Source: Parcubacteria group bacterium
GTDB taxonomy: Bacteria > Patescibacteriota > Patescibacteriia > UBA2169
Reading direction: 5' to 3'
Assembly (NCBI GenBank): GCA_016181765.1
Contig: JACOYR010000001.1
Coordinates: 16,847-80,846, forward strand
Length of the DNA: 64,000 bases
The position numbers and the translations under genes were made by a program. Below the pieces are notes generated by a model, which was not told the DNA's origin, made no database searches, and saw only the letters and a program-made list of their open reading frames with translations. This document shows, piece by piece, positions 1 to 9,476 of this stretch (positions are counted from its first letter, which is position 1; each line of letters opens with the position of its first letter).

Positions 1-1420
1 CGTCCTTGTACGCAACCGCGCGCATGGTGCGCGACACATCCACGCTGGATGAGACATCCGTACGGATGTCCATGTCCCGCCCCGAAGCCGGCGCGCTGGT
101 GTAGCGCGTCAGTTCGGCGCGGACGTTGGCCGCGCGCTCGGGCACGGTAAGGCTGTCGCGCAGCTCCGCGCGATTGCCTCGTGTGTCCACCGCATAGAGC
201 AGCACGCCGTACCGGCCCGGTTCCAACGCGTTGTAGTCTGCATGGCCGGTGAACGCACTCCCATCGGCCAAGGCGCTGGAATCTTTGGCCCCGACCCGGA
301 GGTTGTAGCTCACGGGCAAGGACTCTTCTTCCTCAATTGAGTACGTAACTACCGTACCCGTAACATTGAGCGAGACTGCCGGCGGGGTAGTGTCCGGCGG
401 AGCCAGGACCGTAACGGTCTGTGTTGCCGCAAGATCCTCGTAGGAGAACCGCACGGTTACGCGGAACGTGCCGTCCGCGTTAGCAACGGTGTCCCTTGAA
501 CTTGGCACCGGCTCTACCGCCTGCACCAAGCTCGGGACACCGTCATACAGAACCGTCAGGAGGCCCCGTGCCACAGCGCTTTGGCCGTAGGCAACGGTCG
601 TATCCTGCGGGCTTACGAACAGCGCCCGGGTGATGGTGCTGACCGCGCCTGCGGGAGTGACCACGATCTCGCGCGGCGGCTCCCCGGGAGCGGGGAATGA
701 ACCCTTGATGATGACGTCAAAGGGCTCAAATGCGGGCGGCTCCTCCAGGCTCTGCACGTGGAACCGGTATTCCGGCTCCATGGCTTGCAGAGCCTTTGCG
801 CCGGGCTCGGGATCGTTGAGGCGCTCATGGAGAGCGTCCCACGCAAGCCGGAAAGACTCCTCATCCATGCGGCCCCTCGGCGCACCCTCGTACAAAACCG
901 GGAATGCGATTGCCACAGGCTTGCCCGAAGCACGCGGACTTCTCCTGCCGAAGTTGTCCGCGAATACGAAGAAGTCCGTGAAGTCCACGATGCCATCGCC
1001 GTTGAAGTCAAAGACCGGATTGAACCGGCCTGACTCTTCCCTCAAGCCGAAGACATCCGCGAACAGGAAAAAGTCGTCAAAGCCCACGACGCCGTCGCCA
1101 TCCCCGTCAGCCGTGATTTCCGGAGCGAAGAAAGCGAGGGTCGCATCCGCCTGCGCGGTGGCAGTGGCGAAGCGTGTTTCCACCAGCGTGGGAACTCCGC
1201 CAATCACCCGCGGCTCGCGCAGGTATCCATCCACCTTGACCCGTCCCGTAAGGGTCCGGCCCGTGATGTCGGATAAACGCAGGAGCGCGTTGTCCTGGGG
1301 CAGTGCAGCGAGTTTGTACACTGGCTCGCTTGCCGGACCCAGAACCGTATCGTCCTTGTCCGAACGGCCCGCGCATCCGAGAATCGCGGCCGCGAAAAGC
1401 AGTGCGACGATCTGTCGCAT
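1..1420 (-). CDS. Secreted lipoprotein with dockerin/EF-hand-like pair and Ig-like regions (runs off window start)
   Basis: ORF read by hand (absent from the track because it is open-ended): MRQIVALLFAAAILGCAG (lipobox LGC); DGDGDGVVGFDDFFLFADVFG and DFNGDGIVDFTDFFVFADNFG Ca-binding repeats; SD GAGGAGG upstream. Confidence 0.8.
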   Translation of the reverse strand, partial: MRQIVALLFAAAILGCAGRSDKDDTVLGPASEPVYKLAALPQDNALLRLSDITGRTLTGRVKVDGYLREPRVIGGVPTLVETRFATATAQADATLAFFAPEITADGDGDGVVGFDDFFLFADVFGLREESGRFNPVFDFNGDGIVDFTDFFVFADNFGRRSPRASGKPVAIAFPVLYEGAPRGRMDEESFRLAWDALHERLNDPEPGAKALQAMEPEYRFHVQSLEEPPAFEPFDVIIKGSFPAPGEPPREIVVTPAGAVSTITRALFVSPQDTTVAYGQSAVARGLLTVLYDGVPSLVQAVEPVPSSRDTVANADGTFRVTVRFSYEDLAATQTVTVLAPPDTTPPAVSLNVTGTVVTYSIEEEESLPVSYNLRVGAKDSSALADGSAFTGHADYNALEPGRYGVLLYAVDTRGNRAELRDSLTVPERAANVRAELTRYTSAPASGRDMDIRTDVSSSVDVSRTMRAVAYKD

Positions 1421-1621
1421 GGTATCCTCCTCGGTCTCTCAAGACCAGTGTGTACCGTGTGTGCAGGAATATTGTCAACGACCGGTTTTGCATGCCCATT
1501 TTGGGCGGGTTTCAGTACAGCCTAATTTTAGCCCAAAATAGGTATCATCATACAAGAAATACATACAAAAGTCAAGCGCCGATTCGGTGCTTGGCCCAAA
1601 ATGGGGCATGTCCCCATTTTA

Positions 1622-2380
1622 TTACGCCAAACCTTGCAGTAAATACCCTACCCCATAGGCTGAAACCGCGGCAATGGCGCCAACGCCGAGCATCTCAATG
1701 CCCGAAATAATCCAACTTTCCTTGGTGATCAGAGAGCGCGCGGCGCCCACCGCGAACAACGCAATGGCAGTCATCCCAATGGCTGTGTAAAACACATTCC
1801 CGAATTCAACGCCAAGCACGTACGGCAGGAGCGGCAGCAGTCCCGCAGCCACGAACGCAACAAACGTGGCAACGCTGTTTGATATGGGCTTTTCCTCTTC
1901 TCCGGGAATGATGCCGAGCTCCGCCACCATCATCTCATCAACCCATAGTTTTTTGTCGGCGGTGATGGTTGCAACAATACTCTCCAGTTCCTTGCCTTTG
2001 AATCCTTTGGCGCGGTAGATGTGCTCAATTTCTTTGCGCTCTTCATCCGGAATATTCACGGTTTCCCACTCCTCCATGCGGCGCTCCTTTGCCTGGAGCT
2101 GGTTTTCGCTCCGCGTGCCCAGAAAATTGCCCGTAGCCATGGCAACCCCGTCCGCGAGCAGATTCGCAAACCCGAGGATGAGCACGATTTTCGGCTCAAG
2201 GGATGCGCCCGCGACTCCGGCCACCACCGCGAACGTGGTCACAATTCCGTCATTCGCGCCGTACACCATGTTGCGCAGGTACGAGCCCCGGCCCGCGTGG
2301 TGGTATTGCTCCATGGCTTTGCCGTGATGGTGCGCGGCTTTGACTTCCGCGATCATTTGTTGTTTTTGGTTTTTGTCCAT
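1622..2380 (-). CDS. VIT1/CCC1 family iron/manganese transporter
   Basis: VYGANDGIVTTFAVVAGV, LGFANLLADG and DEMMVAELG motifs; start placed at MDKNQ after a TATACT -10. Confidence 0.9.
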   Translation of the reverse strand: MDKNQKQQMIAEVKAAHHHGKAMEQYHHAGRGSYLRNMVYGANDGIVTTFAVVAGVAGASLEPKIVLILGFANLLADGVAMATGNFLGTRSENQLQAKERRMEEWETVNIPDEERKEIEHIYRAKGFKGKELESIVATITADKKLWVDEMMVAELGIIPGEEEKPISNSVATFVAFVAAGLLPLLPYVLGVEFGNVFYTAIGMTAIALFAVGAARSLITKESWIISGIEMLGVGAIAAVSAYGVGYLLQGLA

Positions 2381-2409
2381 GCATTCAGTATACACCAAAA
2401 TTTGAAATA

Positions 2410-2453
2410 AAAAAAATCGGGGCGGCACGCTACCTATGCGTACTCGCCCCCGG
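2410..2453 (-). terminator. Intrinsic terminator after response regulator
   Basis: CGGGGCG...CGCCCCG stem followed by a T-run on the minus strand. Confidence 0.6.
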
Positions 2454-2485
2454 CGCCTGTGGCCTGAAAAAACCTCGCGTTCCGC

Positions 2486-2860
2486 TTATGCCCCGGAGGT
2501 GATCCGGACCAGCACCCGCCGCGCCGCATCAAGCAGTTCAGCGGGCCGCACGGGCTTGCAGAGGATCTCGGCGACTTCGGAATTCACAGCCGCGCGCTCC
2601 TCCGCACTCATCGCGCCGCTCAAAACGATGAACGGGCATGTTCGGACGTCAGCGCGGATGGCGTTAATGAGCGCCACCGCGGTCAGGTTTCCGAGGTGGA
2701 AGTCCGTGACCACGAGATCTACGGACCCGCGGCAACCGCGCCACCGCCTGAAGGCGTCGAGCACGCTGTCCGCGAACAGCACCCGGTATCCGTCGCGCCG
2801 GAAGATCTCTGCAACAAGATTCCGCACCGGCTCCTCGTCATCCACGACCAGGATGGTCAT
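2486..2860 (-). CDS. Single-domain response regulator (receiver)
   Basis: ILVVDDE, LVVTD phosphoacceptor, IVLSG and KP motifs; SD-like GAGGGG; an upstream start is possible. Confidence 0.8.
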   Translation of the reverse strand: MTILVVDDEEPVRNLVAEIFRRDGYRVLFADSVLDAFRRWRGCRGSVDLVVTDFHLGNLTAVALINAIRADVRTCPFIVLSGAMSAEERAAVNSEVAEILCKPVRPAELLDAARRVLVRITSGA

Positions 2861-3038
2861 GGGCGTCCCCTCGCTCATCCAGTCATTCGTCCTTCCTGTC
2901 ATCGCCGCATACCCTCCGTAACGGGTTTGGTGTGAAGACATCTTTTTGTAGAACTAAAGAGCAAAAATAGTATAACACACTTCCTTAAAAAACGCAAGTT
3001 TGCATCAAAAAAGAACCCAAAGGCTCCGCTCAAATCAA

Positions 3039-3112
3039 TGGCTCGGGGGCAGGGATTTGAACCCCGATTCACGGCTTCAAAGGCCGCTGTCCTACCATTA
3101 GACGACCCCCGA
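3039..3112 (-). tRNA. tRNA-Gln(UUG)
   Basis: Cloverleaf TCGGGGG...CCCCCGAGCCA, anticodon arm GCGGC-CTTTGAA-GCCGT, GGTTCAAATCC T-arm. Confidence 0.95.
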
Positions 3113-3116
3113 ATAA

Positions 3117-3500
3117 TTATGAGGTTTTGTTTTTGAGTTTTTTGTCAAACGTCAAGAGCGGCATCCCGTGCAGCCGCGCGAGCGAAAGTAAAAAGCCGTC
3201 TACAAAGTGCATCCCTCTGCTGTACCATGGCCACATACCCATAAGGGCGCGGCGCTCGGGTACCCGCAACCAACGCTGGCTGACAAAGAGTTCTAATTTT
3301 TCCGCTACCTCACCCCGTTTCTTCTGGTAAAACGACTCAAGCACGAAGCTCGCTTCCGCCACCACGAGCGGGGTAACCATAATGCGCCGCGCTCCCTGCT
3401 GGGCTTGCCGGAACCACGCCGCTGCCTCTTTCTGTTGCGCGCGGTTATCACCGACTAAAAAACGAATCAATACATTAGTATCAAGCAGGCAGGTTTTCAT
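3117..3500 (-). CDS. vapC: PIN-domain VapC toxin
   Basis: LLDTNVLIRFL, VAE, FVDG and LTFD PIN motifs; ATGA overlap with antitoxin. Confidence 0.9.
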   Translation of the reverse strand: MKTCLLDTNVLIRFLVGDNRAQQKEAAAWFRQAQQGARRIMVTPLVVAEASFVLESFYQKKRGEVAEKLELFVSQRWLRVPERRALMGMWPWYSRGMHFVDGFLLSLARLHGMPLLTFDKKLKNKTS

Positions 3501-3742
3501 GCGCGCCGCGGCCACTGCTTCACAAACGCGTCCCGGGCGGACCGAAGTTCTCTGTCGCTCAATGAGACCGGGGACTTGAGTGATCCTTCCAGAGACCAAA
3601 AATCATCCGTCGGCTGTACGACCATGCGGTTTCCCTGCTCTTGAATAAGCGCTTTGGCGGCTCCTTTGATGCCGAATCGCGCGCGCATTGACTTTGGAAT
3701 GGTGAGCTGCCCCTGCCGCGTAATTGACACAATCTGGTTCAT
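3497..3742 (-). CDS. AbrB/MazE-family antitoxin
   Basis: SITRQGQLTIPKSMRARFGI swapped-hairpin motif directly upstream of the PIN toxin. Confidence 0.9.
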   Translation of the reverse strand: MNQIVSITRQGQLTIPKSMRARFGIKGAAKALIQEQGNRMVVQPTDDFWSLEGSLKSPVSLSDRELRSARDAFVKQWPRRA

Positions 3743-3812
3743 ATTATTATTTCTAACAATAATGCAATAATTCTTTTCATTATCATATATCAAAAATAAT
3801 AGAACGTCAAGT

Positions 3813-4733
3813 TTATACCCTCATATACCTCCGCAAGGCAAGGCTCGTCGCGAACACGGAAATGAGGATGATGCCAAGAAGCTCGCCCCCGAAAATGAGG
3901 GCTACGTTTTGGTTGAGGTACGAGAGCAAGGTGAAATCAACGGGCCCGAGCAGGCCCACCACGTAGGGGTCCGAGAACGTGGCCGCCGCGTACCCAAGCA
4001 CGAACGTGATGCCGCTGCCCACCATGGCGTACAGGATGGCCTCGCCCACGAACGGCCCGCGGATGAACGAGTTGGAAGCTCCCACGAGCTTCATGATGCC
4101 AATCTCGTCGCGGTGCGTGTAAATGGCGATGCGGATGGTGTTCACGATCACGATGAGCGAAATGAGCCCGAAAAATAGAGTGACCCCCCAGCCGATGCGC
4201 TCAAGCTGGCCCGCAATCTGCTCCAGCTTCTCAATGACATAGCTGTTATCGTCAAAGCTTTGGTTGTCTATAAGTACTGCGAACTGCGGGGTCGCGTTCA
4301 GGATGTCTATGACCTTCTGGTAGTCCGACGTGTCAGCGGTATTCACGATTAAGGTGTCCCCGAGCGGATTGTTTGCAAGCTCTTTGAGCGACTCAAGGAT
4401 GAGGGGGCTGTTCTTGTACTGCTCGCGCAGTTTGGCCAGGGCTTCGGACTTGGTGACATGCGCAACCCGCACGACATAGGGCGCATCCTCAAGCGTTTGC
4501 TGGACCACGGCAATCTGCTCTTCTGTGGCAGTCGGCTTAAAGTACACGGATACGTCCACTTTTGATTTGACCAGGCTGATGGCCTCATTCATGACCGCGT
4601 TTATGAACACGAGCGAGGTCACGCTGAAGAGCGTCAGCACGATGATGGTGATGGTTACCATGGAGAGCCAGATATTCCGGGCGAAATTCTGGAGCGAGAA
4701 CTTGGTGATTCGGGAAAGGGAGAGAAAAAGCAT
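3813..4733 (-). CDS. ftsX: Cell division permease FtsX
   Basis: NTIRIAIYTHRDEIGIMKLVGASNSFIRGPF signature; follows ftsE. Confidence 0.95.
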   Translation of the reverse strand: MLFLSLSRITKFSLQNFARNIWLSMVTITIIVLTLFSVTSLVFINAVMNEAISLVKSKVDVSVYFKPTATEEQIAVVQQTLEDAPYVVRVAHVTKSEALAKLREQYKNSPLILESLKELANNPLGDTLIVNTADTSDYQKVIDILNATPQFAVLIDNQSFDDNSYVIEKLEQIAGQLERIGWGVTLFFGLISLIVIVNTIRIAIYTHRDEIGIMKLVGASNSFIRGPFVGEAILYAMVGSGITFVLGYAAATFSDPYVVGLLGPVDFTLLSYLNQNVALIFGGELLGIILISVFATSLALRRYMRV

Positions 4734-4740
4734 GTTTGTT

Positions 4741-4799
4741 CGTCATTCCGAGCCTGCCGAGGAATCTAGCTAGACCCCTCGGCGTTACTCGGGGTGACG
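4741..4799. repeat. GTCA..TGAC palindromic (REP/RPE-like) element
   Basis: CGTCATTCCGAG...CTCGGGGTGACG hairpin between ftsE and ftsX; related copies at ~14667, ~25915, ~49455 and ~54066. Confidence 0.7.
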
Positions 4800-4800
4800 G

Positions 4801-5481
4801 TTATAATAGATACTTTCCGCGCTCCTTGTCGCTGATGACTACCCCGTCCTCCAAGGTGATGACGCGGCGGTGCAGGTCGTTGACGATTTCGCGGTTGTGG
4901 GTGACCAGGAGCACGGTGGTGCCGAAGTCGTTGATTTTCTTTAAAAGCTCAATGATGTCGCGGGAGTTGATGGAATCCAAATTTCCGGTGGGCTCGTCCG
5001 CAACCAGGATCTTGGGCCGGTGCGCCAGGGACCGCGCCACCACCACGCGCTGCTGCTCCCCGCCTGAAATCTGGTGCGGAAACCGGCTCATCTTGCCCTC
5101 AAGCCCCACGATGCGCAGGACCTGGGGAACAATTTCCTGTATCTTGCCCCACTCCTCGCCCCCCACTTCCAGGGCGAACGCCACGTTCTCAAACAGAGTC
5201 TTGCGCGGCAGGAGCTTGAAATCCTGGAACACCACGCCGATCTGCTTCCGCAGGATCGGGATTTCCCGCTGTTTGATGTCTGTGATGTCCCACCCCCCGA
5301 TGACAATGCGGCCCTTACTCGGCCGCTCTTCGGCCAGAATGAGCTTGATGAGCGTGGTTTTGCCGGTTCCGCTCTGGCCCACAATGGACACGAACTCCCC
5401 GGGCTCAATCTTGAGGCTTATGTTTTTGAGGGCTGTCTGCTGGCCCGGGTATATTTTGCTTACGCTTTTGAATTCAACCAT
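4801..5481 (-). CDS. ftsE: Cell division ATP-binding protein FtsE
   Basis: Walker A GQSGTGKT, IGVVFQDFKLL, SGGEQQR, DEPTGNLD. Confidence 0.95.
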   Translation of the reverse strand: MVEFKSVSKIYPGQQTALKNISLKIEPGEFVSIVGQSGTGKTTLIKLILAEERPSKGRIVIGGWDITDIKQREIPILRKQIGVVFQDFKLLPRKTLFENVAFALEVGGEEWGKIQEIVPQVLRIVGLEGKMSRFPHQISGGEQQRVVVARSLAHRPKILVADEPTGNLDSINSRDIIELLKKINDFGTTVLLVTHNREIVNDLHRRVITLEDGVVISDKERGKYLL

Positions 5482-5573
5482 TGCGCGTGCCGCTAATTGA
5501 CGAAATCCCTCCGACATATTACATTATAGCATATAATCCTAACATGACGAAGAGGCTGTGCGCGTCAAACTAG

Positions 5574-5649
5574 GCCACCTTAGCTCAGCTGGTAGAGCAA
5601 TGCTTTCGTAAAGCAGAGGTCCCGGGTTCGATCCCCGGAGGTGGCTCCA
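5574..5649 (+). tRNA. tRNA-Thr(CGU)
   Basis: GCCACCT acceptor stem, anticodon loop TTCGTAA, GGTTCGATCCC, CCA end. Confidence 0.93.
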
Positions 5650-5650
5650 C

Positions 5651-5724
5651 GCGGGATTAGTACAATGGCAGTACGCTAGCTTCCCAAGCTAGAGAAGCGG
5701 GTCCGATTCCCGTATCCCGCTCCA
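5651..5724 (+). tRNA. tRNA-Gly(CCC)
   Basis: GCGGGAT...ATCCCGCTCCA, anticodon arm CTAGC-TTCCCAA-GCTAG; T-loop reads TCCGATT. Confidence 0.92.
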
Positions 5725-5730
5725 ACCCGC

Positions 5731-6651
5731 CTACCGCACGAGCCTGAAAATCGCGAGCTCGCGTTTTTGCTGTTCCACCCACTCGTCAAAATCAAAACCC
5801 CGCACCAGAATGTGGCGGGCCCGGGCTTTTTGCGCGACCCTGTTTTCGTCATACAACACATCTTCCAGCTTGATGATGTGCCAGCCATAGGATGACTTGA
5901 CCGGATCGCTGACCTCGCCTATCTCCATGCCAAAAATCGCCTGCTCCAATGCGGGTTCCAAAGCTCCGCGGCCAAAGTACCCCAAATCGCCGCCCTGGTG
6001 CGCGGTGGCCGCGTCATAGCTCTCCTCGCGCGCGAGTTGCGCGAAGTCAGCGCCCTCTTCCCGCGCGAGAACCACCAAGGACAATGCTTGCTGTTCCAGC
6101 TCCTCATCACTCTTGCCGAACTCGGAGAGCAGGGCGGTTTTGACTTTCTGCTGAAGCAAGAACGGCCGCAGGACCCGCTCAATGAACTGATCGTCATTCC
6201 AGCCGTAGGCCTCCTGCACGAACGCGTGGATTTCCTCCTGGCTCTCGGGGCGCTCGCGGAGCCGCTCCCACTCCAGGTACACCTCCTGGTCCGCGACCGT
6301 AATGCGCTGCTTGCGCGCAAAGATGCGCACCACCTTTTCGGCAATCAGTTTATTCACGAGCCGCTCGCGGATTTCTTGCGGGTCCGGAATCCCGAGAAGC
6401 ACGTTCTTGTTCTCGCGCTGGAAATCCCAGTACCGGTACAATGCCGCAAGATCGGAAAGGTACGTGTGCAGGGGAATGATTTCCCAATCAACAAGAATCG
6501 CGGGGTACGGAATCACGCGCGCAACAGCGTACGCGGCCCGGGACTGCCACTGGAACCGGTAAACGGCAATGCCGCTTATGAATACAAACGCTGCGAACGC
6601 CATTGCTCCGGCAATAACAAAGCGCCGCGCGTTGTTCTTTGCCTTTATCAT
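5731..6651 (-). CDS. SurA/PrsA-like parvulin peptidyl-prolyl isomerase
   Basis: N-terminal TM; FAQLAREESYD, GGDLGYF and PVKSSYGWHIIK rotamase motifs. Confidence 0.9.
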   Translation of the reverse strand: MIKAKNNARRFVIAGAMAFAAFVFISGIAVYRFQWQSRAAYAVARVIPYPAILVDWEIIPLHTYLSDLAALYRYWDFQRENKNVLLGIPDPQEIRERLVNKLIAEKVVRIFARKQRITVADQEVYLEWERLRERPESQEEIHAFVQEAYGWNDDQFIERVLRPFLLQQKVKTALLSEFGKSDEELEQQALSLVVLAREEGADFAQLAREESYDAATAHQGGDLGYFGRGALEPALEQAIFGMEIGEVSDPVKSSYGWHIIKLEDVLYDENRVAQKARARHILVRGFDFDEWVEQQKRELAIFRLVR

Positions 6652-7124
6652 TCTGTTTCAACAGAAAGCGCTTCCGGGCTAAAAAAATACTCCCACCAGA
6701 GCTTGAGGTTCGCATCCCCGAGCACCCTTCCCCGGGAGCCGTCCGGGCCGCTTGAGCCTGTCCCGAGGCCGTGAGTACCCGGCATAAACTTCGCCGAGGG
6801 ATCCACGCCGGAATCAGGCGCATTCTGGGAATCAACATCAGGAATCACGACCAGCGACTCGCCGGGCTCGGTGAGATTCAGTTTTTCGCGCGCTTCCTCC
6901 CGGATGAACGAATCAGTCTGCACGTACTCTATGAGCTCGCCCAAACTATCCTTTTCGCGCTCAAGGGCGCTGATCTCCAGGGACAGGGCCGTGATGCGCG
7001 CTTCGGTTGCGCGCTTCTCCAGGACCGCGCGGCTCGCGTACACTCCGAATATGATGACCAACAGCACGAGGAGCGCGACAGCGGGCTTGGACAGTACAAT
7101 TGCTTTGAATAGTCCGTTCGGCAT
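6648..7124 (-). CDS. Septum formation initiator (FtsB/DivIC family)
   Basis: TM plus coiled coil and EEAREKLNLTEPGE motif; contains an in-frame palindromic insertion. Confidence 0.8.
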   Translation of the reverse strand: MPNGLFKAIVLSKPAVALLVLLVIIFGVYASRAVLEKRATEARITALSLEISALEREKDSLGELIEYVQTDSFIREEAREKLNLTEPGESLVVIPDVDSQNAPDSGVDPSAKFMPGTHGLGTGSSGPDGSRGRVLGDANLKLWWEYFFSPEALSVETE

Positions 7125-7125
7125 A

Positions 7126-9339
7126 CTAGGGGTCAACGCGGATCATGCGCTCCCAGGTCTGGCGGCCATTGAGGTACACGGTTTCTTTGGCATCCCGGAG
7201 CTCCATGGAAAACGCAAGCTTGTACGTCCCGGGTTTGATTGTGCGCGGGTCCAGCGTGAATTTGACGATTCCGGTTTCCCCGGGCAAGATTCTGCTCTTA
7301 TTAAGCGGCACGCCGACCACGGCCTTGTCTATCCAGTCGTTCCTGTCGTAGAACGGGCTCGCGGCCCCATCCTCGCCGACCACCGACACCGCGGCCCGGC
7401 GCGAAACCCATGCCTGGTCAATGCTCGTGTTCTTAAGTTCCAGGGTGATGGAAATCGGCTTCCACTTCTTGCGCACGGCAATGGGAATGTTGTGCTTAAT
7501 AATCTGCGCTGAAACTCCGGATATGATTGACACGCTCTTGCCCACGAGCCCGCCCGGCATTTCCACAATAGCCCCGGATGCGTCCGTGTACTCAAGGATG
7601 TACCACTCGCGGATCACGCCGCCTGCGAGCGGGGCGGCGACGGTGAAGCTGAATTCAGCGATTTGGTTCTGGCTCGCGGTTGACGCGAGTGGAATGCGGT
7701 TGGGAGCGATGAGGGATGATGCGGAACTGTTCTCATCAATCAATTTTACGTACACTTTCCCAGCCTCCCAGGTTGCAGTGCCGCGGTTGCGGAACGAAAC
7801 GCGCACAGTGGCGCTTGAGCCGGCTATGAGCGTGTCCGGAACTCCGATGGTGTCGTAGAGAGAGAGGTGCGAGGGCGCGGACGCGGCGGGGGCGGTTGCA
7901 GAGCTTGCCTGGCCAACGCGTTCCGCGTATGCAATGTAATGCGCGGGGTCAGGGATGGTTGAGTCAATGTACTCAATAGGGTCCCCGACCGAGGTGAGCG
8001 CGAGGGTTTGGTCTGTGGCAATGGGCACGGATGCGAGCCTTGAGGCGCCATAGGTGCGCCGCACAATATCCTCGGACGCAATGCGCTTCTTTTTGCCGTT
8101 TGAAATGACATAATAGGCGTTATCCCGGGATTTGACCAGGCTTCCTTCGGCAAGCGGAAGCGGATCTCCGGGCGGGTAGCTTGAAAGCGTTGCCTGGGAA
8201 ACGTATGCAGGAGTTGCGCGGTTGAAGTTCTCCTGCCATACGCTGTCGTCCAAAAGCTCCCGACGGATGCCGTGCTTGACGTAAAAAATTTCCGGGCCGT
8301 CGCTCTTGAGCAGAACTCCTTTGGGGTACACGGACTGCTCGGTGATGGGCTCGCCCTCTTCCAGGGCATCAAGTTCTGCTTTGGAAACCACTGCCGGGGT
8401 GACAGGTTCGGTATCCGCGAGATGGTACCCGAGCGATGCGAGCGCAGAAGAGCCCACCAACCGGTGCTTGAGCCCGTCCGAGAGTAAATACATTATTCCC
8501 CCGCCCTCGGCCGCCACCACCGCGTTGTTGGCAACAGCAATGGGCTCGCCAATTGCGTAGTACCCGAGCCGCTCGGGCGAGGCGTCAATGGCGTCATCCA
8601 GGGCGTGGTCAGCGAGATAAATGGATGGGGACGCAAACTTGCGGCGCTTATTGTTGTCAATTTTCCAATACTCGTTGGCGGCCGTGTCCCGCAACAGGGC
8701 GCCATCCGGGTAGATGCGCTCTGTAAAGTACTGGTTCCATACCCGCGAAAAGAAAAAGTTGCCGCCAATGCCGGCAAGCGACCCGTGGTAGGGCGTGTAA
8801 ATGTAGAGGTTTGCGGTTGCCTGGTTTGCCGGGGTGACCTGGTACCCATCCTTGGTGGTGGTGGTTTTCCCGGCCGCATACTCAAAGTACGTGCGCTCCG
8901 CGTAAATGCGCTGGGTATCCGCTGCCGCGTCCAGCTGGTTGTAGATGCCTCGGTACTTTTCATTGCACCGGCTGTTGAAGCACGAGTACCCGGTTGCCCA
9001 GTCCAGTTGCTTTTCGGTAGCTGTTGGCTTCTCAATCAAACCCTGCTCTTGCTGGAGTTTTGCAAGCAAAAATTTCTGGCTGATGTTGTACTGCTTTCCG
9101 ATTTCGTACACCATCTCCGAAACTAATTTAGGCACGCCGAATACGTCCGCGGCAACGCCCTTTAAGGCGCTGTTTTTCTGCTCCAAGAATTGCTGGATTG
9201 CGGTCCGGGAAAGCGCGTTGCCATTAAATAGTTCCGCATCAGTCAGGATGTCGTTTCCATCATAAAACCGGGCTTTTGCCGGATTCGGCGCCCCTAAAAA
9301 AAGCGCAATTATCATGATGGACAATACAATATGCTTCAT
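7126..9339 (-). CDS. Large secreted CPR surface protein (possible cell-wall hydrolase-like N-terminus, repeated beta modules, C-terminal Ig-like domains)
   Basis: Signal peptide; LLAKLQQEQGL...ATANLYIYTP region; repeated PDGALL/PKGVLL/AEGSLV...KR modules; FRNRGTATW Ig-like motif. Confidence 0.7.
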   Translation of the reverse strand: MKHIVLSIMIIALFLGAPNPAKARFYDGNDILTDAELFNGNALSRTAIQQFLEQKNSALKGVAADVFGVPKLVSEMVYEIGKQYNISQKFLLAKLQQEQGLIEKPTATEKQLDWATGYSCFNSRCNEKYRGIYNQLDAAADTQRIYAERTYFEYAAGKTTTTKDGYQVTPANQATANLYIYTPYHGSLAGIGGNFFFSRVWNQYFTERIYPDGALLRDTAANEYWKIDNNKRRKFASPSIYLADHALDDAIDASPERLGYYAIGEPIAVANNAVVAAEGGGIMYLLSDGLKHRLVGSSALASLGYHLADTEPVTPAVVSKAELDALEEGEPITEQSVYPKGVLLKSDGPEIFYVKHGIRRELLDDSVWQENFNRATPAYVSQATLSSYPPGDPLPLAEGSLVKSRDNAYYVISNGKKKRIASEDIVRRTYGASRLASVPIATDQTLALTSVGDPIEYIDSTIPDPAHYIAYAERVGQASSATAPAASAPSHLSLYDTIGVPDTLIAGSSATVRVSFRNRGTATWEAGKVYVKLIDENSSASSLIAPNRIPLASTASQNQIAEFSFTVAAPLAGGVIREWYILEYTDASGAIVEMPGGLVGKSVSIISGVSAQIIKHNIPIAVRKKWKPISITLELKNTSIDQAWVSRRAAVSVVGEDGAASPFYDRNDWIDKAVVGVPLNKSRILPGETGIVKFTLDPRTIKPGTYKLAFSMELRDAKETVYLNGRQTWERMIRVDP

Positions 9340-9412
9340 GCATTAAATGAGACGTGTTTTTTACAATTAGCGTTACAGTATTATAGCACAAAACGCGGCT
9401 TTGAGGAAAGTA

Positions 9413-9476
9413 AAAAAAGGTGTCAGGTACCTTTTTTGTTTTTTTTCTTAAAAAAGGTACCTGACACCTTTTTTTA
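9413..9476. repeat. Long inverted repeat AAAGGTGTCAGGTACC...GGTACCTGACACCTTT
   Basis: Perfect ~25-bp arms just after the stop of 9474..10160; REP-like and/or terminator. Confidence 0.75.

Noticed and set aside
630-1541. 303-aa plus-strand ORF
   Set aside because: Antisense shadow of the minus-strand lipoprotein, which has an SD, a lipobox and recognisable repeats.
3039-3112. tRNA-Gln as prophage or island attachment site
   Set aside because: No integrase or duplicated tRNA 3' end nearby; the similar sequence at 60903-60976 is a complete second tRNA-Gln isoacceptor.
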